64,000 nt of DNA from Marsupella aquatica. Lineage: Eukaryota; Plantae; Marchantiophyta. The notes beneath the pieces were generated by a model, which worked only from the letters and a program-made list of their open reading frames with translations, ran no database searches and had not been told where the DNA came from. The translations under genes were made by a program, and so were the position numbers. Shown here piece by piece: positions 12,015-22,856 of this stretch. The first letter of the stretch is position 1, and each line of letters begins with the position of its first letter. The stretch covers positions 26,467,972 through 26,531,971 of the forward strand of contig OZ316891.1 of assembly GCA_973895155.1 (NCBI GenBank). Reading direction: 5' to 3'.

Positions 12015-13416
12015 TTGCATGACATGTCAAACATGGTAATTGCCAAGGAGAGAGATCGGATCCTACAACGAGCTAAGAGGTTCAAATGGGAAGGATCTCA
12101 CTTGTTGAGAGTTTGGGATGATGGCAGAGTGCGGTTGGTACCTCCTTTATCCCACGTGCATGGTTGGTGCAACAAGCTCATGAAAAGCTTGGACATTTTG
12201 GAGTGAAGCTGGCATACAGCTTACTCCAGACCCAATATTGGTGGCGTGGAATGCATGCTGAGGTGCAGCAGTTTGTGGCGCAATGTATTGTGTGTGACAG
12301 AGTGAGAGCATCATTTAATGCTCCTACCCCACTCTGTATCCCTTGCCAATCATGGGCTTGGGATATCGTTGGAGTTTAGATTTTGCTGGACTCTTACCAC
12401 TGACTAGACGTCACAACCGTTATGCCTTAGTGATGGTGGAACACTTTTCTAAATGGATTGAGTTGGTTGCATCGCTAGATAAAGGTAGTGAAGGAGTTTT
12501 CTATGCCTTTCTGGACCGTGTATTGAGCCATTTTGGTGCTCTTGCTGAGGTTTTGACTGACCAGGGGATTGAGTTTCATGAAGATTTTTAGGCCTTGTGT
12601 GATCAAGCATTGATTGATCACCGTACGAAGTCTAGGGATCATCCAAAGGCAGATGAATTGGCAGAGAGAGTTGTCCAAACAATAAAGAGAGGATTACGCA
12701 AGTATGGCTTGTAGAAGGGTCATGTGAATGATTGGGATATCCAGCTACCATGGTTAGCGATGGGATATCGCTTCAGTAGGCAAACATCTCTTGCATCCTT
12801 TTCACCATATTTGCTGCTCTATGGTAGGGAGTCAGTGTTGCCAGCAGCCATTCAAAGGGAGGTTGGTGAGGTGTTGCAATTGGACGACCCTGATATGTGG
12901 AAGCAAGCTTGTTCTCAACGGGAAAATTTGTTTCGGAGAGTGATGCCCATGGTGTTTGAGAACTTAGCTATTGCGTAGCATCGGGATACTTTGAGGTATG
13001 CCACTATTTGAGGAGGAGGATATCGCCCTAGCATCAGGTAATTTCATTCTAGAGACTATGTGTATCTACAACAGATAGCACCTACTACTTTGGATGTCAC
13101 TACCAGATGTACTATTCTACGAGTGCAAACGGTTTTGCCATCAGACATTATGGTTTTAGAAGGTCATGATGGTATGGTTTGGAGGGATCATGTGCGCAAC
13201 TGTGCACCTTGTCACCTTCCAAACATTGATGATAGCATAGATCCTAGTCTAGCAGTGATACCTGCAGGCTTACGGTGTATGTTGTGTAGGTCCGTCCGTG
13301 GAGCTGCAACCATGTTGATTTGTGATGGTTGCTCAAAAGGTTGGCACTTGGCATGTTTGACACCACCTCTTGATTCAGTCCTTGAAGGACGATGGTTGTA
13401 TCCCAATTGTAGATAG
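12015..13416 (+). pseudogene. Gypsy integrase (HHCC zinc domain + DDE core) with C-terminal PHD finger
   Basis: HEKLGHFG...CIVC; WSLDFAG...TDQGIEF...AERVVQTIK; PHD CMLC...ICDGCSKGWHLAC...W(L)YPNC at 13276-13413. Contains several stops and frameshifts. Confidence 0.88.
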
Positions 13417-14179
13417 AGTGATTTTAGTTAGCATAAAACTTATTAGGTAGTATAGATTGCAGGCAGGCGATTAACAATGGGGCTCCTTTGCACCCGACCT
13501 CTTGATCTGTGCACCCAAAAGGTATATACTTCCTTTTAGTTTTTGGGCTAGCTGTAGTAAGCGAGACCTAACCACCAACTAGGGGGGCGGTTATGGATTT
13601 TGGCGTACATGTGTTGTGTGTTGTGCGATTATCCTTTTTCTTATTTACATGATGTGCCGCGATGTGAGTTATGTATGGATGTGCATCCGCACGACAGTTG
13701 TCACCCCATGTTGCATTTGAGTTGCAACTTTGTTGGTTGCACATGTGTTGTGAGTTTGGGAGGGTGACCTGGTATAGCAGGTCACCTGGTAGGGGTGACC
13801 TCTTCACCCAGGTTACCATGCCTTTGTGCCATGGGGGTATACCTTGGAGAACGAGGGATTAGCTCCTCATTCTTCCAAGTTGAGCCTCCCGGTACTAGTA
13901 GAGCTCATGTGAGTGTGGCTATGGTGAGAGAGAGAGTGTATGCCGGTTGGCATGTAGAGTGACATTGGCAGGGTTTTGCTATGTGTATAGACTTGGAGTC
14001 CCGCATAGCTTGCGGGTGAATTTAGCTCGACTTAGTGATACCTTGCAGCGGGGTCCCATTTTGCAAGAGATTGTTATGGATTTTGGCGTACATGTGTTGT
14101 GTGTCGTGTGATTATCATTATTCTTATTTACATGGTGTGTCGCGGTGTGAGTTGTGTATGGATGTGTGTCCGCACGATA
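12015..14179 (+). mobile_element. 3' part of a Ty3/gypsy element with integrase-PHD finger, PPT and A-B-A terminal repeat (copy 1)
   Basis: Integrase fragments, then PPT aggggggcgg at 13581-13590, then ~105-bp direct repeats at 13591-13696 and 14074-14179. Confidence 0.85.
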
Positions 14180-14180
14180 A

Positions 14181-14830
14181 CCAGGATTGGTATTTTGGCA
14201 AGCAACCCAGCAGTGGCAGCCACCATCCCCATAGGAGCGTGAGCGTGCTATGGGATTTCAAACAGGGAGCACTCAGCATTCTCGTCTCACCAAACATCAA
14301 CGCAACAAATTGCTAGACCAAGCACTTGACCTAACAAGGTTTTCCTGGGTATTGTCCTCATGCTTGGCTTTCCAAATGCTCACCAACAAGCCACATACCA
14401 CTAAGGTGGTAGTTGCTACTGAAGGGCTTTCCCCCACAGATTTACATCTTTCATAGGTTAGTACCTACCATTTCAGACCCGTGGCTGGGAGGGAGAGGTC
14501 CCAGTTAATATTCAACCATGTGCTTCAGCCACAGCTCTTCTATAAATACAGAGGAAGGATTTCTATAACCCTATATTACATACAACATGGGGAATTTCCT
14601 CCCAATGCTATCCTCGTGGAGAGAGACCGCATCCAGCACAAAGCACGCCGGTATGCATGTAAGGATAACCATTTGATCCTGCTATTTCCATCAGGGGATC
14701 GAATGGTCCCGTGTGTGTTGAAGAGACCAGCATTGATATAGAAGATCCACTCAGAGTTGGGATATTTTGGCATCAAACGAACTCATAGCTTGTTGGCTCT
14801 CCACTTCACGTGGCGAGGTATGTACACGCA
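14181..14830 (+). pseudogene. Gypsy pol fragment: C5-cytosine methyltransferase C-terminal motifs followed by the integrase zinc-binding domain
   Basis: PGLVFWQATQQWQPPSP*ERERAMGFQTGSTQHSRLTKHQRNKLLDQALDL (14181-14333) resembles DNMT motifs IX/X. It is followed by ERDRIQHKARRY...IHSELGYFGIKRT...WRGMY, homologous to 12015-12260. Confidence 0.65.
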
Positions 14831-14839
14831 AGTAATTAT

Positions 14840-15380
14840 CCCATGCTTTCAGTATCGGGACATCCGATACTCTTCTCTTCGAACAGTCCTATACTAAACG
14901 CATCGGACCCCTCGTCCAGCAAGCATGACAAAAATCCAATGTCCGATACCGACCACTTCGGACGATCCAATATGAAACCAATCGGATTGTCCGATACATG
15001 CAACATTGGACCTTCTGATCTATAATCCAACGAATGTTGCGTTACTAAACGCATCGGAAACTCCGATGCTATAAATTACGCACATTGCGAAGCTCTAGGT
15101 AACGGAAATTCCGATATGATATGTATCGGATGCCAAGTTTTGTGATTAAGGTCACCCAAGTGGATATCCGACTCTCTTTGCATCGGATACAAAATAGTCC
15201 AAAATGGTTTGTTTGGACATACCGATGTAAAGAGAAACGGAAAGTCCGAAGGTTGTCCGATGGTCGGTGTCCGATATGTGGAGAATGGGAACATACGAAG
15301 CGGGTTACATCGGAAGTACCAAATTTAGTGTGCAACTTTCGTGAAGGGATCCGTGGGAGATGGCATCGGATAAAGGCCCA
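14840..15380. repeat. Region rich in ATCGGA/TCCGAT motifs in both orientations, probably DNA-transposon subterminal sequence
   Basis: Many atcgga/tccgat/gtccga copies and the hairpin agtatcgg-gacat-ccgatact at 14851-14871. No termini or TSD were identified. Confidence 0.4.
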
Positions 15381-15619
15381 AAAATGTACTAGTGGTTGCT
15401 TCGTAAATGTTTGGAGCCAGAGCGCATTACGATGGTGCACGGTCTGAGTGATTTTGAATCTCTTCTTCGTGTGTGTGTCGATGCCTTTGATTTGGTTCGT
15501 GTGTGTCTTGATCTCACAAGTCTCAAATTCTCAACAAAAAATCTTGTCCATTCAGTGTTGGGGGAGTCTAATATCTCAATAAATCACTTGGATAATAGAA
15601 CATCTGAATGACAATAAAA

Positions 15620-15905
15620 GTCTTTAAGTCCCAGTCCTCCTTCTGTTCTGTATCTAGCCATCCTAGCTCATGACACAAGAGACATTCGTTTTCTTTCCTC
15701 AAAATTGTAACCCCACAAAAAATCCCTGCAAAGTGCTTTCAGCTTCTTAGCCAACCCTTATGATATTTTAGAAACATGGAGTGATAATTTGGAATGGCCT
15801 GAAATACATGATGAACTAACAGGATTCGTCTAGAGAATGATAACATTTTGTAAGCCCAAGATGAGAGTCGTGCTCTAATCTTATCCAACACAAACCTGTG
15901 TAGTT
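15620..15905 (-). mobile_element. L1-type LINE ORF2 fragment (post-RT region)
   Basis: VLDKIRARLSSWAYKMLSFSRRILLVHHVFQAIPNY...EGGLGLKD, typical of plant L1 ORF2. Confidence 0.8.
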
Positions 15906-17155
15906 GATCTATTCTCAATTGATTTGGGGTAGAAACACTAGCACTGATTGAGTCTGAGGTCGTCAGCCTTAGGCTTTTTATTGCAATAGCAACTTTGATA
16001 TCTTGCCTCTTAGAAGATGCCATGAGTCTCCTTGATATTTTATGAGCCTCCTTGTTGGTCATCCTAATTAATTCTTTGTTACTGCGTTCCAATGTTGCTT
16101 GCAAGTTGAGTTATGTGTTGACCAAATGGAAAATATTATCAAAAGATTTACAACACAAGCCTTGAGATCCTCACAAAAGAAACAAAAAAGTGAGTGAGTC
16201 TCAAGTTATGTCTAGTCAAAGTTGACATTATTTTACTTGTAATCATTTTACTACCCTAAGTAATGTCTATCAACATGCTTTCATTACCCTAACGACCTTG
16301 GATCTTTTCACAATGCTAAGTACCTTTCCCTAGAACTTATAAAAAGTGGTATGGGTACAACAAAGGTCAATCCCTAAATCTGATGTTCATTTCCCTATAT
16401 CGACTCCAGTTTGAAAGCTATCGTGATTCTCTTTTATCCCCGACTAAAAATATTTTTGGGTGTTTTTTTTCTTGAATTTTCTCACATGAATGAATGTTTT
16501 ATCTTTCCCTGACTCAACACAAAACATTTGGACCCCAATGAATGTCTCTAGCCCAAGTTATGTTCATTTTCATTTAATTATTTTAGGTGTAAAGTAAGTA
16601 TAAGCATAAGGAGAGATAAGCAAACACGACACATGATCCAAAATGATCAAATAAAAACGATCTTCATGTTTACACCTATTTTGCACCTGTTTGGGCTAGG
16701 AAATAAATTTTCAAAATGATATTTTTCTAAAAAAATAAGTATAAATTGCGTTGACACCTACTTGACCTCATGACGACATTTACTTTTATAAAAAATAACA
16801 TTTATTGATCATTTTGGATCTCCCAAAAATTATTTATAAGTCCAAAAAAACTTTTGAATATATCCTTGGAATTTTTGGACATAGAATTTTCTTATAAATT
16901 TATCTAACTTGTTAAATATTTTATAATAACTTTTATTATTTAAGTTTATCCATATTTATAATGTGAACTATTTTTCTTTAACTTTGAGATGCTCCCAAAA
17001 AATAAGAAGGTGATCAAGTAATTCTAAGACATTCCAAGAATATTAAGAGTTATATTAAATTCAATTCTAAACTTGAACCCACAAAATTTCCTCCTTGGTT
17101 ATTTTCTTCGGAACTCGCTAGTTGTTTATTTTAAGTTTTGTCAAAATACTCCAAT

Positions 17156-17925
17156 TACAATAGTACTAGCACACATTCTTATGTTGGATGTGTGCCACTT
17201 GGTTTTCATCCAAGAGTTTAGACATAATCCATGCCCTTTTGAATTCAATGTAGATAAATCGATGATGAACGTTCTCTTTCATTTTGACATTTTGATAATT
17301 CTTGTGTCAAAATGATTATCTTTTTTTTTTTTATCTTATGTACATAATAGTGGAGTATTTTTTGGCTCGGATAACAAAAGAATTAGTAAATGGGACCTTA
17401 GAAAATAAGATCTCATTAAAAACATAGAGGTTATGCATCATTTGGCCCAGATAACAAAAGAATAAGAGAGTCATCATGAATCCAAGAGAAAAATATCCCT
17501 AATCGTTCTCTTAGTAATTCATTTTTATTAGAGTCCATCTTTTAGATAAATCATCTGTGACACAATATTTATCCATCATGTTTGAGCTCAATTTGTAACT
17601 ATTGTTATAGGTTCTAACAAGCCAATAATATATCCAATAGTGTCTTACATCGAGAAAAATGAAAATACATTATCTTTGTTTTCTATTAGAATCATGGATC
17701 TGAATAAGAGTTCAGATGATATTCTTGTTTCATTTTCTCTTGACAAAATTATGATCATATGTTGTAGAAAAACTAATTTCCAAAAGGTGTTCGACTACAA
17801 ATATGGTGAAATAAGATGTAATAATATATTAGTCTCACCTAAAAAAAATTAATACCAATTACTCTTGTTACTAAAGTTATCATTTTGATTTTTAATATAG
17901 ATATTATGGGCTTACAAGGTTTAAA
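17156..17925 (+). mobile_element. Old, AT-shifted LTR copy related to 8933-9783 (opposite orientation)
   Basis: Colinear with the reverse complement of 9783 to ~8985 (caatagtactagcacacatt...). Differences are mostly C>T and G>A. Confidence 0.75.
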
Positions 17926-17929
17926 AAAA

Positions 17930-18260
17930 AGAAGTTTTAACAAATTGATGAATATGATAAGGCTTTTGTCTTTTATCTTGAAGAGATAAGATGTACAGTG
18001 GATCATAGTGTTGTTATTCCTATGGTGATTTTCATTGTCCCTCATATTCTTTGGGATTTGAAATCTATTATGCTACCAAAAGTTTTGTTGTTTGAACTTA
18101 TTGATTTATTGAAAGAGAAACTTTTCACTAATCTTGGAAAGAGCGGATGCATCTTATTTCAACCGTCGGTTGGCCATTCGCAAGAAAAGTGAAACTTAGA
18201 TTTATTCAAGACATGCAATCACCCAACAAGGTTATTATTTGCAATACTAAAATAGAACTT
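17930..18260 (+). pseudogene. Degenerate gypsy RT N-terminal fragment
   Basis: SVVIPMVIFIVPHILWDLK...LIDLLKEKL, nearly the same as 37430-37678. Confidence 0.7.
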
Positions 18261-18969
18261 ATAGTAAGATTGGTTCTATGCACCTTCTTCATCTCGTTGT
18301 TCATTTTTTGTTCTCAAGGCAAAGGGACCTCTTTCTATGCCCTCCATTCAGATAAAATTTGGATTGCGTGACATCCTATTGGATCAAGTTTAATCACCAA
18401 GGGGTGTAATCCAATACAAGTTTGAAACGGATCGATCTTCTCACCAAATTATTATACAATTTTATTTGTACTATAATTACTCATGCTTAGTAGAGATCAA
18501 AGGGATGAAAGTTCACTCAGACCTCCATCCTTCCATGTGATCCGCTGTATAAACACCTTATTTGAAAAATACGACACTCGATCATTCAGAAGCACAAATT
18601 ACACAATGAGTTGTAATCAAGAGTTGTTCCCTGATTTCACTTCTTCACTTGTTAAACAAGATTATCTCTCCTTGAGCAACTAGAGAACCTGGTGAAAATT
18701 TTGTTGAGTAAATTAATCTCTTGCGATTGTATCTTCCTACGTCTTCAACCCCTAAACGGTTCTAATTTTTCTTTCTTCTCCGAACATCACTTAAGATATT
18801 TCTAATAGTTCTTATGATAGTCGCACTCCTTTAAATATGAGTAATCATCTTAGTACCAAGTCAACCATTAATTTTTACTTTCTCACTCAAGATCAAATCC
18901 GAGTTCAAACAACACACTTCTTCAGCTCTGCCAGTTCTTGAAGTCAGCTCATCAGTCATCATCCTCTCT

Positions 18970-21222
18970 AAATGGATAGTATTGATTGCACATGTTGTCG
19001 TACAAAGATAGTGAGGGAGTTATCTATGCTCTTTTGGATTGTGTCTTGAGCCATTTTGGTACTCCAACTGAGATTTTGACTGACCATGAGACTGAGTTTC
19101 ATGAAAATTTTCAAGCATTGATTGATCTCCGCACAATATCTAGCTCAACTACATTATCAGCCTGATTAATGTAATATAAGAAGATAATAAATGTAACGTT
19201 CAGACAATGTATGGACTCTACGTCATTCAATCCTACATATTTATTGTATGCCATGGCTACGTATTTCATATACGTCATTCTAAGCACATAAACTGTATAA
19301 TATCTTCCCAAACGATGTTCCATAACACGTCGTCTCTCATGACACAAGTTACCACTTCCTAAACGTTATTATCTATTGTACGTCTTCAGGAACAAGGTTA
19401 ATTACCTTGATTTATGCAATGTTAAGTTTACATCTCTAAAAACAACTTTAGCGCCTTCCATAGAATCTTTGCGAATATTCAACGACCATTTAACGTTATC
19501 AAAGTAGGTTAACGGTGTATATCCTTTCATTAATTATAGGTTTTTGAGTAGGTTAAACATGGTGTCGACGTCACAAAATGTAATTGTGTAGGGATCATCC
19601 TAAGGCTGATGGTCTGGTAGAGAGAGTTGTCCAAATGGTGAAAAGAGGATTGGGTAAATATGACTTGTAGAAGGATTGGGATATCCATCAACTATGGTTA
19701 GCAATGAGATATTATTTTAGTAGGTAGACATCTTTTGCATCATTTTTACCCTATTTATTGCTTTATGGTAGAGAGCAAATATTGCCGATAGCTATTCAGC
19801 ATGAGGTTGCTGAGGTGTTGCAATTGGATGACCCTGATATGTGAATGCAAGCTTATTCTGAATGAGCATAGCTATTTGAAGAGTGATGTCCATGGCATTT
19901 GAGAACTTAGTCATTATGTAATATCGGGATATCTTGAGGTATGCCACTATCCAAGGAGGAGGATATTACCCTGCATTTGACATTTCATCCTAAAGACCGT
20001 GTGTACTTGCAGTAGACAACACCAACTACTTTGGATATCATCGCATAACATACTATTTTGTGAGTGCAGAAGATAATACTGTCAGGCATTTTGGTGATGG
20101 AGGGTCATGATGGTATGGTGTGGAAGAATCATATGCACAACTATGCACCTTGCTATCTTCCAGAGATTGATGATAACATGGATCAGAATTTAGCAGTGGT
20201 AGCTACAAGCTTGCAATGTATGTAATATGGATTTGTTTGAGGAGCTGTTACCATGTTGATTTGTGATGGTTGTTCAAGAGGTTTGCACTTGACTTGTTTG
20301 ACACCCCATTTTGACTCAATTCTTGAAGGACATTGGTTGTGTTCATGTGTAGATAGAGGTTAACTTTTGGCTAGCATGAGATTTATTAGGTAATATCATG
20401 GATTGCAAGTAGACAATTAACAATGAGACTCATTTGCATCCAACTTCCTAATCTTAGCACTAAAAAGTGCATACTCTCTTTTAGTTTAGGGCCCTAGCTA
20501 TAGTTAGTAGGACCTAACCACCATCTAGGGAGGACGGTTGTGGACTCTTGGATACATATTGTTATGTGTGTATTTATGAGTATTTTATATCTTATATGGT
20601 GTGCAATGATGTCAGTTGTGTATGGATGTGTGTTCGCACGACAACTATCACCTCATATTATATTATATACAATTTTATTAATTGTTTGCTAAATTGCTTT
20701 GTTGTGTGTGTTTTGGGAGGATGACTTGTAATAGTAGGTCATCTAGTAGGGTGACCCGTTCACTCACATCACCACTTGTTATCCAAAGGATTGAGGCTTC
20801 ATTCTTCCAAGTTAAGCCTTTCAACATTAGTAGAGTCTTGTCATGTGAGTATGACTATGGTATGAGAGTGGAACGATGTCGGTTAGCATGTTGACACATT
20901 GGGCAAGATTTTTGCTATGTGTATAGACCTAAAGTGATAAGGTTTTATGTGATAAGGTTATGAAAGTAATAACACATAAAACTTCCATAACCTTATCACA
21001 TTAATCATTAGTGATGTGGTCAAAAATATGAGGTATTTCTACTAGTGCATGCATGGCTGGCAGATGGGTTTGGCTCAACTTATAGTACATTGTGACGGGG
21101 TTCTATTTCACACAAGATTGTTGTGGACTCTTGCGTATATATTGTTGTGTGTATTTATGAGTGTTTTGTCTTATATGGTATGCAACAATGTTAGTTGTGT
21201 ATGGATGTGTATCTGATTGACA
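18970..21222 (+). mobile_element. Second, heavily decayed integrase-PHD gypsy 3' part (copy 2)
   Basis: Colinear with 12445-14179. PHD at ~20217-20350, PPT near 20526-20537, A repeats at 20538-20643 and 21121-21222. Interrupted by an insertion at 19144-19588. Confidence 0.8.
19144..19588. mobile_element. 445-bp non-autonomous TIR element with 3-bp TSD (CACTA-like)
   Basis: Splits the integrase sequence tctagggatc. TSD TAG at 19141-19143 and 19589-19591. Imperfect TIRs ctcaactacatt and cacaattacatt (reverse complement). Confidence 0.7.
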
Positions 21223-21234
21223 CCACTCTGGATT

Positions 21235-21720
21235 GGAATTGACCTTAGATGATGGGTCTTATCAAACCACTCCTATACTCATCTCATGAGCCTCCTTTAG
21301 CCTTAGTAGAGTCTCTTCAATTTTCTCTTTGGTTTGGCTAAAGTGCTCAATCCTTCATTCTAACAACTCCTCTTGACTGATGTCATCTTTCCAATCAATT
21401 GTTCTCCAACTTTGAAAAATTTTCTCAATCTGTATCAAAGATACGGTAAATGTCCATAGACCAATTTGGAGGAGCAAATCTTGTTGTGGTAGTGCATGTC
21501 ATTCGATCTGCTAAAATAGCAAATGACAAAAAGTTTAGCCACATCGATGCCTTTCCTTGGCAAGAATTGACCAAGGCATTTATAATTGATGGATGTCATC
21601 GCTCAATTATTCCATTGCCTTTCGGATTGTAGGCAGTAGTAAGTTTGAGCTTGATATTGAATCGATCAAAGAAATCAATAGCCCTCATCAGAATTTAGCT
21701 ATTCTCTTTTGCTCTCTTTT
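21235..21720 (-). pseudogene. Degenerate gypsy integrase C-terminal fragment
   Basis: The minus strand reads SWRTIDWKDDISQEELLE*RIEHFSQTKEKIEETLLRLKEA. Frameshifted integrase-core remnants lie upstream. Confidence 0.6.
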
Positions 21721-22856
21721 GCACAAAGTAACCATGATGTGCAATGAATTTTTCTTGGATACCTTCAAGTATAAACGTGGATACTGCTTTAGTAGTATTA
21801 AAGATCAAAACCTTTCATTCCACATAAGAAGATAAATCTTCTCTTGCAAGGATAAGGCACTTTGCTCCTCTAACTCCCAATGGCATGTGCACCACATCTG
21901 TTGCTCACTAATAATATAATGATAAAGGACTAGTAAGATTAAGCCCATCTCTAAACTTTACAGTAATATTGACAAGTCTTACAAAACCCAACATATGATT
22001 TTACATCCACATACATGTCTCACCACCAATACCATATTTGAATCCACTCTCGCCTGTTTATCAGACGGTAACCACGTATATATTTTCACTATTTCACAAC
22101 AAATATCGTTTTAATCGTATCACGGGGATGTGAAGGGAAGCTATTTAGACTTTCTTACACCGAAAAGGAGTAGATTCATTTTTCCTCCTGGAAATACATT
22201 TTTTGATCAAGTCTGCCGACTGTTTTTCTCTTCCTCGCTTTTGATCAAGTCCCATGGACTACACTCTCTCCCTTCCTCTTGGTCTCTAATGAAGTGCTGT
22301 CACCACTCCCCTAGCTCATAGGACCAACCACACCTTGCAAACTTCTCTTAAAAAGCCACTTGGAGGGTTCTTTCACAAAAGCACACCAATATGGCTACGG
22401 GAAGGACACAACTATGAAGGAAAAAGAAATCATAACACAACAAAATTTGAAGAGTCATACTAAATCCATAGCTTTTGGTGAACAACATAACACATCGTAT
22501 GAGCAACCCAGACTCCTTCCGTCTACTCAACTCATGCCTCACTAGGACGATGAGTACTCCTCACCTCCCTACTTCAGATGACTTCCCGCTCTATGCTTCA
22601 AGCTAACACTTCAAATCCATTCTAGATTGAGTCCCCCCTTTTGCACTTACTAGGGGTTGCTGTTAAGTACTGGAAAACCAAAACACCCAAGCACCCAAGG
22701 GCACAAGGGCCACAACTACTTCTGTGGTGGCGCCGCTAATCTTAACACCTCTAACCTAGAACATGCGGCACACACATGTTTAAAATTCTATTTCCATACT
22801 GAACACCAATGGTGCCTTCATTGGCGTCTTCCAACAACTAACAATTCCCTACCCTA

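Noticed and set aside
16635-16820. MITE defined by a ~20-bp inverted repeat gatccaaaatgatcaa(a)taaa
   Set aside because: The inverted repeat is real, but there is no TSD and no second copy in the window, so it is not called as an element.
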